NCBI GenBank assembly: GCA_000320545.1
Contig: ADNK01003259.1
Coordinates: 1-57,483 of the forward strand
Direction of reading: 5' to 3'
DNA from: Bigelowiella natans CCMP2755
Taxonomy: Eukaryota; Protista; Cercozoa
DNA length: 57,483 nucleotides
The translations under genes and the position numbers were made by a program. Position 1 is the stretch's first letter; each line of letters opens with the position of its first letter. Below are positions 21,935-35,870 of the stretch, piece after piece. A model generated the notes under the pieces. It did not search any database, was not told the origin of the DNA, and worked only from the letters and a program-made list of their open reading frames with translations.

Positions 21935-23069
21935 TGGGACTAATATCTCGATCATTCCGATATTATCTAGATTCAACATGCGCATGAACGCAGCCTCCCA
22001 ACTAGACCACCACGTTAGTTAATGACGTAACTTTTGGAATCTATCGCTTTAGTCAACTTGGTAATTTTAGTGCTAGATAATGAATAAATGAAATTCTAAA
22101 TGTTCAGCTGGATGAACATGATACCGAAGATATGACACAACGTCTTGAGGTTCTTTTTTAGGTCGCTTGCAGTGCTCTGCAACGACTAATATAGTCTCTA
22201 TAATGCACGAATGGATGTGATGAATAGATCAACACACACCTCCTTATTGTGAGCGATACCGCACATGTGTATATGGAATCATGTTGCCTTGTGCGTAGCT
22301 GGTTTAGATGTGTATATGCTACCCGTGCTCGCTCTCGTACACGTATCGTATCATATGCATGTGAAAGTGTGGATGTACCGCTTATAGCTTATATTCGTAA
22401 CTGTCTTGTCTTTATGTATTAGCTAGCTGCTGCCATATTAGATGCATTAGAGGGAAATAAAATGGATTGTATACTCTATATATATCGCCTCATAGCCGCT
22501 TCCAGCAACACACTATGCGCTACACATAGCATTGCACAGCTACATTAGGATGACCATTGAACAAATTATGATTTGACTAATTGATTACATCCGTCTTACA
22601 CATTATAAAGAGGACAATTGAACACATTTAACTTAATCGTTACATCCGTCTCATATTTTAAAGAGGGAATTTTAGCCTCTATATAGTATGTCGCTACTTT
22701 AGATAAATGTACACAGTAGTGTCTTATCGTACATACCTAGATATGTCGCATCGTATATCTATAATATGTAGCAGGCGCGTCTAGAATAGAACATTCACGT
22801 ATGCTTACTTGTGTGTTTGCGTTGCAATGTTTCATCACATATCTGCTACAGCAGCAGCTCACGCGCTGAGACCGTAAATTTCATAGCATTATAGGCTACA
22901 TTACCTCGATTTCCTATAATTCGTCATAATTACTCGGCATTGTTAATAAATTTGAATGATTACATATATCATAGCGAAGACGTCTTGCATCATGATCACT
23001 ATACTAGGGAGAGTGTGCTTCTGCAACCAATTCCCCCCCCTCTCCCGCACATGATATGAAATGATATAT
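21935..23069. repeat. Convergent intergenic spacer with two minus-strand copies of the GACGGATGTAAT element (~22529-22598, ~22610-22654)
   Basis: Reverse complement reads TAAGACGGATGTAATC...TTCAATGGTCATCCTAATGTAGCTGTGCAATGC and TGAGACGGATGTAACG...TTCAATTGTCCTC. Confidence 0.75.
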
Positions 23070-23892
23070 TTAGAGGAGAAAGCGTGTCGAAGCAAGTTGA
23101 ACATTGTATCCGTCCGGCGATGGCCCATCTGCCTAGCTACCATTACTACTTACAATTACACAGCAACAATGGCAGGAGGTGTAAAAAATTAATAAGTCTA
23201 CATCAACATAATAATGATGATGCTAATAACGATAATGATGATGATGATGACGGCTACGACGATAAATGTACCTTTGCTGCCATAGATTTGAGCGACGGCT
23301 TTCCCATTGCATATTCTTGAGTGTACATTCTGTGTCGTACATCATCATCATCATCGTTATTGTTCATTCGTTACAGGTGGAAGAGGAGCGCAGTATTTAC
23401 TGTCAATCTTAGAGGTCGAGTAGGTCAGTGCAATGAGGAGAAAGGAGTGTAGTTGTAGTAAGCGGTACGGGGCCGTTACTGATTACTTTGCTAAGGAGTT
23501 AAAGCCTTTCATATCTCCTCCACGGATAAGGTTTCCAGCGTCACAATTCAGAGGACTCGATGCTTCAGGATTATCTGCGTTCAAGATCAAAATCATGCGA
23601 GGAACGGGTATTTGTGTTCTTTCTGCACAGGAAAAATAGCATCAGAGATTCCAAAGCGTCGATGTCTCCCCCTCTCTAATGAGCTTAGCTTTTACCTAGC
23701 AGATTCACGATGGCCCTGCATGTTGTTTCCAAAGTCCACACGGGCGTCCATGCGTCCTTCAATATATCCAAGCAGATCTCGCCGGTCTTTACCGCGTCAG
23801 TGGAATGATAGCAGTAGGATTGGAAGGAAGAGAAGAGATTAAAAATTAACGCATCAGTTACAGAGCAGAGTAGCAGAATCATTGGGCGGAGG

Positions 23893-23927
<35 letters not shown>

Positions 23928-24624
23928 GTGAGATACAACTTAAAGATATCGGTAGTGGGCATCCAAAAAGGTGACTGTTTGACTAGATGCCACATCTATA
24001 ATGGCGCAACTGTTCACAGCTCAAAACGATCTTATTTCCAAAAACGGCTTGGCAAAAGCAGTCATAACGCGTCATCAAGTCGAAACTCTAATAATGTTGC
24101 TCGGCTCACAGTCTCGTCCCCAACATATCAGCATCACATCTTTGCCCCTGCAGCTGCTACCTTGAAGAGGACGTTCGGATGGCAGACCTTCGTCTTGAAG
24201 TGCACTTTCGGAGGTTTTAAGGGATATTTAGGAGGGACCTGGGGTAGGAACAGAATAACAATTGGGTGGGCGCGAACAAAAGGAACGCGAGCCTTAACGT
24301 AAGCCTTTATGAATTTGGACCCGAGTGCACAAAGGAAAAGGACGAAAGCAGATATACAACTAGTAAATAGATTATCAAAAGCATGGCAACAGGCGCCAGT
24401 ACATCCTCATCTCCCGTGTCTATCTTCCCAATCGATCGAGGTTTTACACGAAAAGAGGCGAAACCTGAAGACGGAGTTGGAAAGTCCCTCCCTCGTACGG
24501 TGAATCGGGAGGACCCTTAATGTATGCTGTCCACTCGAACAGGTTCTTGGGAGACTGCGTGATGAATGAGCCAGCATCCGGACGCCGTAAGTGAGAACAT
24601 ACAAACCAAAGAAAGGGGTTGACA

Positions 24625-24660
<36 letters not shown>

Positions 24661-24930
24661 CGATATGGAATAAGGAAAGAAAAATGGGGGTGAGAATTTC
24701 ATAATATTTGTCAGCCAGTAGCTATAATAGCAGCAAAGTTGCAGCAAGGGTTAGATGTTGACACTCACATTGGGAAACAGAGTTATACTGTCACCATTTC
24801 CGGTCTTCTTTTTGCTCTTCTTGGAATCGCCATCCCCCCCCCCCCCCTGCTGCTGCTGCTGCTTCAGCGCTTCTCGATATTCGATGTTCAGCCGACTTCG
24901 CGCCTGTGATGTCCCTGGTGGCGCATACAT
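23070..24930 (-). CDS. PEX4: Ubiquitin-conjugating enzyme E2, peroxin-4 type
   Basis: Spliced exons: SRLNIEYRE; NLFEWTAYIKGPPDSPYEGGTF; YPLKPPKVHFKTKVCHPNV; TGEICLDILKDAWTPVWTL; SPLNCDAGNLIRGGDMKGFNSLAKMYT (Pex4/UBC21-type signature). Confidence 0.85.
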
Positions 24931-25052
24931 CTGTCGTCGTACGAATCGTCGTCCCCAGAAACCTTGATATCGATGGGATCGGTGGGCAACATTACGAAGG
25001 AATGGTGACGATAGTGACGTAATTCAAAACAAAAGTGACGAGATGCTCTTCG

Positions 25053-28000
25053 ATGGGGGCTTCTGCAATAAAGACGCATAGGACTGCCGACCACAAATGG
25101 GCTGCCACCCTCCACGAAGTTCAGAACAGAACAAATGAGAAGAACGACCTGCTGGCCCCCTTGCTGCCTCGTCCTCCTCCTGAGTAATGGTGCCTGGACC
25201 AACGTCACACCTTGTTTTTGTTTGTCTGGTTTATAGATGTTTTCGGTATATTATTTTGCCCATAATCGTTCCGTGGAATGTATCCTCACAAACAGCGTTC
25301 ATTTTCCACCCAAAGACAACACCAGATTACCATCAGATGTTCCCCGCTTCGAAAATTCACAGAAGCGACAACAGTCCCAGCAACAACAACAAACCTCCGG
25401 GCCCCGACTGACCAACGCGCACGTCCGCATCTGTGATCAACACCGAGGGGGGGGGGGGCAACCACGCATACGTCCCTCATTCTAAGCAGATCAATGTCCT
25501 CCTCAAATAGCACCTTCTTCCCGGCTGCCCCTTGGGTTCTCGTCGTCGCCTGCAACTGGTTTATCGTAGCAGTGGTTACGGTGGCCGGGAGCCTGGTAGC
25601 TGCGTGTCAGTCTATGGTGTATCTTCTTCCGGGTCTGAGCCTGGGCACACGTCTAGAGATCACGCAGGCTCTTGCGAATGCATGGTAGTCAATGTAAATG
25701 TAAGAGAGAGGCATAGAAGATAAGGACAGTGGAGAGAGGAATAGAACAGTTGAGAAGATGCAGCCAAGCCGTATCGGCCAAACCGTATTCTTATCTGCCC
25801 ATTACTTCATCGCCGCCTCATTTTCCTCGATAACTCTAGGTGGATTCTGTTTCCTTTCACAATCGAAGTCTATGGGGGGGTTTCCGTGTTTTGGTACGGC
25901 GACAGAATCAAGGGAGGCACCGGGTGATGAAAGACAAACAGCCGTCTTTAATATATAAATATAATTTATGTTTGTTACGAATGCGAGTAATGGTGGTGAT
26001 TGTTCATGATGGCGAGATATTACTGTGTCTATCATCCGCACGTGGAATTTGAATTCTTTCGTTCGAGTCATAGCACTGAGTGCACCCAAGGACCATGGAT
26101 GTTTTGGGATAGAATGGGGAGCCTGAGCGTTCCGTATGATACATCTCAGGATGATAATTGGCAATCATCGATCGAATCTGGACTTCTCTGTCGGCGCTCT
26201 TATTGCATCTCGCGCGCCGGTGATTATGAATGATATATATGGGGATAATAATGAGACGATGACGAAGATGATACTAGTGCTGGGATCGATCGTAGTTTCT
26301 GACATATAGCTCTTGTTTGCAGTCCCTGGGAGGTTGCGGGAGGCTTGTCCCTCTCATGAAAAATGTTCTCAAATACGCCCCGGCAGTCGGGTAGTAGCAT
26401 TTGTAGATGTTATTTTTTCCAAAAGTGCACGCAGCGGAGCAGCGATGATGTGTCATGTGTTGTGTTTTGCCCTGTCCCAGCTGGGTGTGCTACCTCTCCG
26501 GAGCTGTGTTTCTGCGGCGGCGGTGGCAAGAGGACAAGTCCAAGCTCACGGTAGAGAAGATTGTTATGTTATGGGGGTTATAAGTGCATCATCCAGGCGG
26601 GTGGCCTCCGACAAATCATATTAATTCACATCTGCAGGCGACAGTAGACGATATGGTGACGCATTACCCAAGGCCGTTCTGGCTGGGACTCTATCCCGAA
26701 GGAACTCGTTTCGACGAGAAAAAAAGAGTAATTCCACCACCGAGAAGTAGAAACGAGCAGTGTCGCGGTTACGGTGACGACAGCGCTCTGGCCATCGCCA
26801 TCGCCTCATCAGTGTGCCTTTATTTGGTTTTTGCTTTGTCTTTTCCTGCCCCTTCTCTTTCCCTTCTAATCGTAGGATGAGGCGCAGGAATTTGCGAGAA
26901 AGAGAAATGCAGAGAGCCGGAGCAAATCCTCCAGAAGCAACAACTCTAGTAGCAGCAGCAGCAGTAGCGACGATGCCCCAGCGCTCATGCTCCCAATATT
27001 GGAGAATACGCTCTTGCCCAGGAAGAAGGCCTTCGTTTTCTTCGCGTAAGGATTCATAAATAGCCGCACCATAGTGTGTTTGTCAGCTTCTCCTTGTGAT
27101 GATCTAACATGGCCGTTCGAACGCGTTGAAACTGATGATGACCTGATCTCGACAGACAACACAGGAGGCTGAGAAATTGCATGGAGCACTTGCATGACTT
27201 CACAATCGGGTGCGATGGCGGCGACCTTCTCCTCAGACCGGTAATAAAACACGCAGGAGACAACTCTATTGCTACGACGACGACGAGTACCACTTCTCTT
27301 CTACCTCATCTGATTACCCCTGCTACTGTTACATCTCATTACTTCTACTACTACTACAACTTACCTTTCGATTACGAATGCAATTGCGACCCGTGCATGG
27401 CAAGGGGCCATAGGAGAGGGATATATGGTGGTTTGGCTGTGGTTGTGGTTGTGGTTGTGGTTGTGGTGCTGCTGGAAATATCATAATTCTCTAATTTTCT
27501 CTCGGTCGGTTGCAGTTTTTGCGAGGCACGATAAGGACGAAATCTTTGCACATCCACACAAGGCAGATAGCCTTCGACTCGCTGCCGAAGGTGATTGTCT
27601 GCACCTTCTACCTTGTAGAAGCAGAAGATCTCAGCGGTGGTTGTGCGTTTCTCTCTTTCAGGAAAGCAGGGAGTTGGAGAAATGGTTGTACGACTGCTTC
27701 ATCGAGAAAGATCGACGACTCACGTACCTCAACAAACACGGGCGCTACCCCGTGGAAGACAAAGTAGAAGAGAGAAGCGAAATCAGTCATCTATGCTGCA
27801 CACGCCTCACCTTCCCTCTCCCAACGAATCTAAGATTCGACATGGAGCTAATTCATCCCTCGTGTTCTCCTCGTCTCTCTCTTTTCTCGCTCGGATTTAT
27901 AGGCATCTTCTTGATTCTATCAGTTTCTCACCGCCACCACCACTAATCCCTCTTTCTCCCCCCCTCTCCCCCCTGGTGTGATTGTTTGGATACGCACGCA

Positions 28001-28356
28001 ACAGTACCAGAACAGTACGGGGCAAAAGCGACATAGATGTCTGTGCCTTTGCGCGGCATTTTCGATATGGAGCATGATCTGGCTTTTCATGTGCTCCACG
28101 TTCGCACACTGGTGAGGAGGCCCCAACAGTCTACGTCGTAGTGTTTTTTTTACGAGATCGTACTTGCCACCTATCACTCTGTCAATCCGCTGCTCTGTCG
28201 TATACTAACCCCTCCTCGAAACTCTTCACTGCCAGGTCAGTAACTTCGGTGAATTTGTTTCTCTTCGTGGTTGTGCTCGCCCATTCGCTACGGAACGCCC
28301 TGAAACCAACTCCAAGTGTGCCGCGCGAGCGTCGGGAGGGAAAGAAAACGCACTGA
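25053..28356 (+). CDS. 1-acylglycerol-3-phosphate / lysophospholipid acyltransferase (PlsC family, AGPAT3/4/5-like)
   Basis: Motifs NHRSNLD (~26163), AVFLRRRWQED, LYPEGTRF, TLLPRKKAF, EKWLYDCFIEKD; C-terminal KKTH ER-retrieval signal. Start tentative. Confidence 0.85.
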
Positions 28357-29449
28357 GATGCACAGAGCGAGCTTTACTCGATTTGGCTTGCGAAGCGCCT
28401 ACGATTGTAGGTTAAGAGCCAATGCCGCCTGACCTCATGATTGCTAGGATATCAAAGACGTCCGAGAGCAGTTTCAGAATATTATGCGGGCCACGGCTAG
28501 TAATATGATGTACATAAACCTAGCTTGACGCGTAAGCATATTTATGCTATTTTATAAGTCGGATGTAATGATGTGATTAAATCTTTAATTGTCATCCAAA
28601 TGTAGCTGTACAATGCCGCGGCTGCAGCGCCTTATGTTATATTGTGCAATGTGCATAGCTAGATAGCTTGGCAGACACTGTGCGAGTTTAGGACGAAGTC
28701 GCCATGTACTTTCATCTAGACACAGCATGCCGTTGCGTACAGTGTGTAATAGCGGCTCTAAGGCATAGTATAAATAGTGACTAAAATAATCAAGACTAGC
28801 GGGTCCAGTCAAATTGCACCAGCTGCCATCAAAATTTAGAAATGTGCCATCAGCTTCCAAAGCGCTGGCGAATGCACCCTGCTAGCCTGCGGTATTGGAA
28901 TCGTAAACGTGATGAACCTAGCAGCTTCATGTACGTCTAGATGTACACGACCGCCTATCGCTGCATGCTAGTATGGCCGGCCATCCTAACATCGTACTCG
29001 CTAGAGCTAGCTAGCTCGTAATCGTCACATGTGCTCCTAGCTGCTAGTCCTCATCATGCGATACATCATTGGTGGTATAGAACAATGCGAAGCCACGTCG
29101 ATGACCTCTACCAGCCAAGTACAGCATTCTCGCATGCATTAATAACGTAGGAGGGTTTGATATATAAAAATGGCGGCGGCTTCTTAGCTACGTCCTAGAC
29201 ATCTACTGGAGGCCTACTAGCTAAGGATGACGATTGCGGGCACGCGCTGCCGCGGTACCAATGCATTGGGTGGAACAATCGTATTTGTCTTGTGGCATAC
29301 ACGCCTCAACTATTAGCTCGCGCTGACTTGATAAAGTTATTATTTATACAACCATGCACATACACAACATGTGCACACGTACTTTATGTTGCGGCATTCA
29401 TTACAACACGCTCCCCGCAAGTTCCATCCTGCTTTCCGCCCCCCCCCCC
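28357..29449. repeat. Convergent intergenic CTAG-rich spacer with one plus-strand element copy (~28555-28638)
   Basis: TAAGTCGGATGTAATG...TTAATTGTCATCCAAATGTAGCTGTACAATGCCGCGGCTGCAGCGCC; many CTAG. Confidence 0.75.
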
Positions 29450-32148
29450 CTACAGGCTTGGCAGGATGTCGAAGTGGTATTCAGGAGTGATGACCTCGTA
29501 AGGCTGCAGGTCAGCGACACTCTCTTGGAGGCGTGAGAACGACCGAGAGACATTCCGAAACTCAAACAACGCTGCGGGGAGATTCATCTCCAAGCTGGAA
29601 GCTATCGATGGCGACGTGCGTGTGCCACCGCCAGCAGCTGCAGCACCACCACCAGCAACATCGCTCTTCTTCTCTACGGGTGATTTTTGGTTTATTTGCT
29701 GGAGCTCCGTGAGGCGCTTTAGGAGGGTCTCATGCAGCTTGATGTCTACTTGGAGCTGGGAGTTGTTCAAAGGCGCGAAAACGCAGGCGCAGTGTTTGAG
29801 GCTCGGGTCCTGCACCATCCGGTTCTGGACGTGCACAGTCTCCCCCCCCCCGCCGTTTTTGGTCGCCGTCGCCTGCTTCGAGTCGCCGCCTCCGCCTTCC
29901 GAGCTGCTCTTCTTTTGCGTGAGAGGATCCTCCCCCTCCCCCACTGCCGTCGTAGGGTCGGAGGAGGACGTATCCAACTCCATCACCTGCTGCACCTTGT
30001 GCAGGAGCTGGTGCTCGAAGCTGGCAGACGGCCCCATCGCTTTGTCCTGCTTGTCCGTCCCAGCCTGCTTGATCCCGAGGCGGTTGAGCCTGAAGATGAG
30101 AATTCGATGGAACATGAGCCGCACTTCCGGGTGCCAGTGCAAGAACAAGGCTGAGAAGTGCTTATCGAGCAGGAGGCCGCAGAACCGCGTTCGCAGCGCG
30201 CCGTAGGCGCGGCCGAGGTGCATGTAGATGAACGTTAGGGTCTTGAGCAGCACCTGGAAGTGGTTGGACTGGAGGAGGACGTCCAGAGCGCCAAAGAGCG
30301 TGTCGAAGCACATGTTCCCGGGAAGGGGGTCGGCCATGTCCGGGGCGACGATCAAAAACCATTCATCCAGCAGGTTCAAGCTCTTGTCCACCGACGCGCA
30401 GTCGAAGGCGTCCGTTGTGAGCAGGAGAGCCTGTGCGAAGAACCTCAGCAGGCTGCGGTTTTGAAGCAGATCCGAAATGCACTGCACCATGGTCTCCGTG
30501 TAGGCGGCGGCTCTCCTTCGCGAGACCCTCTCGAGCACGGCAGCGACCAGCGTCCAGTACCCCGGCACCAGCCCGAAGTGGATCTGCCCGACGGCGATCT
30601 TGCACACGTGGCAGATGATGAAGGAGACGAAGGGGAAGAAGTTTTCGGGCCTGGACAGCTTGATCTTCACCTTTGTGATGGATGATTTCAGCCAGTCGTC
30701 GTTGACGCCCTGGAGCCACACCGTCCAGTCGAAGAGGGACGGGTTGTTCTCGAAGAACGAGAAGAATTTGCGGTCCTCTGCCTTCGCCTTTTCTTTGTAC
30801 TGTTTGAAGGCCTCTATGATCCTACCTGATGCGCTGAGCTCTCCCTTCCGATCGTCTTTTCCATCCTTGGGCTGTTTCTCCTCACCTTGGCCTCGCTCTT
30901 GCTCTCCGTCTTCTTCTTGTTCTTCATCAGCGGAGTCTAAAAGAAAGCCGCACAGGGTTGGTATCCTAAAGAAGCTGATAGCAAGGAGTTCCAGGCAGAA
31001 CATACGCTCCTCTTGAATGAGTTTCTCTGAGAGGAAGATGCGGACCGCCATTTCAATCGTCCGCTGGAGAAGGATGCGGTACTTGTTGAATACGTCCTTG
31101 TCCTCCTGGGAGATAGGCGTCGGCCCAGCCCCTTCGCCCCTGGATTTATTACGCAGCTGCGCAAGATCAAACTCATCCCGTAGCGTGAGGGCCTTCATTG
31201 TGTCAAGAAACAGCTGCTGGTGTCTGGCAGAGCTTTTTGTCTCGGTTCCGGCTCGATGATTGCTTATGCTTTCGCTGTTTAGTTTGTCCTCGTGCTTGAG
31301 CAAGAAACCCCAGAAGTCTAGTAGAGCCCTTTGGCCTTCGTAAGTAGTCTTTCTTGTGTAAACAAACGAAGATGACGATTGGATATCCTGGCACATCTTC
31401 CTCGAGGTGTTGAACAGTTCTACTCCTAACTCGAACGACTCCCCACTCTTCGCATCATCGTCATCGCCTGGTGGATCGTGCTCCTTCTCATTGCCCCCTT
31501 CTTTACATTTTCGGTCGATTGAGCATTTTCGTTCCCACGCCGAGAGTTTCTCAATATTCGCTTGAAAAGTCGTGAGGAGCATGCCCTCCTACCAGCGTGC
31601 ACTCGCGGAAAGAAGGAAACGAGATACTTCCTTGATCGAACGTCGCACCCCCGTACCAAGTTTTCTCAAAAAAAGTAGACTGTCGAATCTACTGATGTGT
31701 TTCCGTTGATAAGGGAACGATCTCGCGCGTTTCAATTCTGCCCATGCCCCCCCGACCGACTCGAGAGTGAGTGAGTCATGGTTAATGGCGGGCGCCGCTG
31801 AGAAGTGTTCTTTTCCTTCTTCATTTAGGAAAATTATTTTCGGTTATTTATCCTTTGAATGCACAGATTACAACACGAAAAACATCAGCAAAGCACCTTC
31901 GTGCGAGGCAACGAAACATGACTGCGGGCGGTGGTGGTAGGGTATTCCTCGCATGAAAAAAAAGCGAGTAGGCTCTCCTTTCCCTTCCTTTTCTGGGCTC
32001 CGACAACTCACCGGCTGGGTTCCGATATTTTCCATGTCGTAGGTAGAAAATCGCCTGTGCCTTCTGGGGAAGGCGTTTCTCCAGAAACGGAACTTGCACG
32101 GGGTCTGAGAGGTGCTCTTCCTCCCCCTGCCCCAACAAGGTCGAACAT
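29450..32148 (-). CDS. DUF1765/UPF0592-like helical protein
   Basis: 710-aa terminal exon with LLQSNHFQVLLKTLTFIY and LFLHWHPEVRLMFHRILIFRL. Upstream exons (from MFDLVG at 32148) joined by eye. Confidence 0.7.
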
Positions 32149-32246
32149 ACTCCACTTGCTCCCACCCTCGACAGCCAGGAGAGGGCGCGTGTTGTAATTT
32201 ACGTTTTCGGGGCGCACTTTCTTCGAGTGTTCCTCATGGTGACCAA

Positions 32247-33384
32247 ATGTCAAACAGACTGCGGCTTTTGACGGAACCATTTGGCCGAATGAAGCCTTCT
32301 TCCGACGAGGCGGCAGAACCTCTTGTCGGTGGCAAGCTCGTGCTACCGACCGATCTAAAACCGTCCGACCTTAACAAGGATGTGAAAGTCCTCTCGGGGT
32401 CTACAATCCTGAATCATGGCTCACGAATTCGAGCATACTACTCCAAAGCTAAAACTAGGGAAGACGCTCAAAGTAAGTGTGCGAGTGATTGGATGGGTGA
32501 GCGTGATTTAGATGGAAGGTGCACGTACCTGTTCGAAGAAAACTGCGACAATTTCCATTGTAAGGGTTTCTCCGTACAAACGTGTAGCTTTGTGTGTGTT
32601 GCCGTTGAACAAAATACAGGCGTTCTGGCGTACCTTGGGGAGAAATTTCGGAAGTAAGTTACTTCACTTCAGAAACTGCATGTTATGTAATCTGGGAGCT
32701 TCGAAAGCGAAGGTTGCCTGTGACACCCCGAACTGCCTTATACTCAGGAAACCGACTCGCTACTCTCTTGCTCTTCGCACAAGCGACAAAAAGTATTGCG
32801 GGCATAGCGGTGGCATTCGGGGGCTCAGACTACAAAGCATGTTGAAAAGGGTATACATGCTGCTTAAACAGCTTCATACAGCACAAATCAATTCATCAAC
32901 GCGCGTGCTAATTTGAAAAATCACACTTCTTCGCCAGTTCGAATGCATCGATACCATGCTAATAGTTTTCGAGTGGGAAAACGGCCCGGCACCAGGACGG
33001 TCGGAGGTTGTTTCAACTTAACCATCATTATTCATGCGATCCGTCTAGATAAACTGTGCTGACAATCATGGTGATACAACAGGGCTCGGTAGTACTCCTG
33101 GTCATGCAAGCTGCTAGGGACCTTCTTGGGAGCTTGACATCAGCAGCATCCTCAGCGCGTCTTCCAAAAATCGTGCACAGATCAGCACGCAGCCATAGAA
33201 TAAGTGAGGGGAGCGCCTGCGCTCTCGCCCCACCTGCTCCAGCAGATGCCGGCGTAGGCAGATCTATAAAAACATGTGGGATAGGAACATATGGACCGAA
33301 GCATCCCCTCCGGTTCGAAATCCCAACAGCATCAACTAATTCTTGCCTTTTCCCTCCGTTCTCTCGCCACTACACACACACACA

Positions 33385-33424
<40 letters not shown>

Positions 33425-34069
33425 TGAATTTACAATTGCATTTCTGACGATAGAAATCTCGCGAGCGTCTCGCACAGCACTACCGGACACCTAAACGCCA
33501 AGCACAAAAGAAGGAACTTGAACCCTTTCCACTCCAGCGTAGTGCGTAAGAGCAACGCATGGACAACATCGTCTTTCTCCTCGACGAGTGGGTTCTCCCC
33601 CTGCTCGCGCAACAACCCCATTGCTCTGGTTAGAAGAAAACTGAAGGTCAAGCCGTTGGAAGAATCGTGTCACTCTCCCCAGGCGGAAACGAGGCTCGGA
33701 TTTTCTTGGAAGGCGAATAAGTTTAATATGAGAGGCGGCGACAGCAGAGAGAATATTAGAGGCGACGGACCGCCGGGATCACAACAGGGATTAAGATCGG
33801 CATTTTACTGTAGAAACCGAGTGTCAACAAAAAGTAACTCTGGGATGGGGACGCGGCGGCCTAGGTCAAAGAGAGTGCGGCCTATGTCCCACGTGTCGGT
33901 GAGAGGTCTCGGGATGGGAAACGTGAGAGGGACGAGTGTATCTCAACAAACAATGCCGATTTTCAAGGTGAAAGAGCCTTTCAAATTCGGTGGGCATCGG
34001 GAAACCTCAGGAGGAAACGAAATAGCAAAGTTGAAGAGCCTTAGCAGGTTGCGCGTGGGGCTGAGCTAG
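32247..34069 (+). CDS. Hypothetical multi-exon protein
   Basis: ORF pieces 32247-~32472 (followed by a GTAAG donor) and 33518-34069 (basic/Ser-rich); no recognisable domain. Confidence 0.45.
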
Positions 34070-34593
34070 TAAGGCCCTAGGAGTTCATTCTCGATTGTAC
34101 ATTATGGTCTTACACTAGTACAGCTTAAGGGACACCATGCGTGATAAGTAGCCGCTGCGTGTCATGGATCTGCCATGTGCGTGCTGCATTGCTACGCATC
34201 ACACGCTGTCAACATATGCACAATGCTAGAATGGAACAGACAACTGCATTGCAACGTCACTGTGCAATTCACACAACATGCACTGCCCATAGCCGCGCCG
34301 CTGCAAACTGCGAGCGACGACACCAGCACAAGTTTGTTTTTAGCATCATCGACTCTCTAGCTAGACTCTTGTTGTTAGCGCGGCAATGATGCGTCTTACT
34401 TTCTAGATCTTGCGCATTGCAATTGCTGTCAAAGCAGCCTAGCATAGAGCATCTAGTCCCACATCTCGCATCGATCGTATCGCTCACGCACATGCCCATC
34501 AGCCGAGGCAACCTGTGGCCGCATCGCAACATTATGATTAACAAAATATAATGCTCATTACATCTGCCTCACAAGAGACGAAGGACCGACAGA
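34070..34593. repeat. Short convergent spacer, TGCA/CTAG-rich, with a degenerate minus-strand element (~34513-34572)
   Basis: Reverse complement TGAGGCAGATGTAATGAG...TAATCATAATGTTGCGATGCGGCCACAG, ~20 bp past the phosphatase stop codon. Confidence 0.6.
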
Positions 34594-35505
34594 TCAAGAG
34601 GCCAGTCGTCTGTTTGGACCATTTCCTGCTAATAAAGTCTCTGTGTGCAGCACAGAGCCATCTTCGCCTGACACAAATCTCATCATCGCAGCCTTATCGG
34701 ACAAGGATACAACGGCGAACCCGTGGATCTGCAGTCAGAAAAATTTGCAATTTTTTGTAAAATACAGTGAAGAGCACGAGGAAACAACAAAACTTCTCGA
34801 TTTCAATTGCATAGACTAGACGCCAGAATAGCAAGCTTTCAACACAAAACAAAATCGTGTTTGTCACACCGTATATAAAACCACCGCATTTTTGCTGACT
34901 CAACCATCGGTGCCTTTCGGCGACAAGAAATGGGTAAAATTGTCATCATGCGCAGCAGTAAATGCCATAATACACAACGACAGCGACAACTGCCCGAAGA
35001 TTTTCACGCTACCGATTTTGAGTATGTCGTATATAGCCCGGAGTCTTTGTATGCACGGAACAAGCCAACGACCTAGAGGGTGTACAGCAAGCCGAACCAT
35101 CGGCTTTCTATGAGGCCGCTCACACGCTGATTTGCTGCATGAAAGCGACAAATGTAAAGAAGTCGGGTACCTTGCTTCCAGCACCCGTAACAACATGCGT
35201 GACGGTCTCGTTAACAGGCCGGATACACCTGACGGCAGTAGCAGCAGCAGCAGCAGCAGATTTTGCGTATTTTGCATAGATGTTGCTGTTGTGGTTAGAG
35301 TAGTGGTGGTGGTGGTAGTAGCAGTAGTAGTAGTAGTAGTAGTAGTAGCAGCAGCAGGTGTAGTAGTGCTAGCAGTAGTATTGAGAAAAACAGTAGTACT
35401 GTAGATTATGATCGTGCCCGGAAAGATAGAATGACACCTGCCGTCGAGGATACGCATCAGGAGAAGAAGAAGATGTCAAAACATGTATGTGTACGGTGTA
35501 GTCGC

Positions 35506-35537
<32 letters not shown>

Positions 35538-35830
35538 CGGAGGAATACTATCGAACACGAGTGAGTTGGTATGTGCTTGTCTCTCCGTGCGAAAAGAGGA
35601 GCAGCAGCAGCCACGCGAATAGCACCCTGTTTTCTTCCAGAATTCTCTTCAGTTCGGCGTGGTTCGGCCCCCAATTTCTACGTGACGACATGAAGTGCCA
35701 TCGCTTAGTTCATGTTATAGCTAAACGCTACTGATCGGGTCAACAGTACTGTAAGAAAACTGAGCGCGACTAATTCGCATATTGCTCTGTGTGAGCGCAG
35801 ATTCTTCGTTTTTACGGGCGTATATTTGTG

Positions 35831-35870
<40 letters not shown>

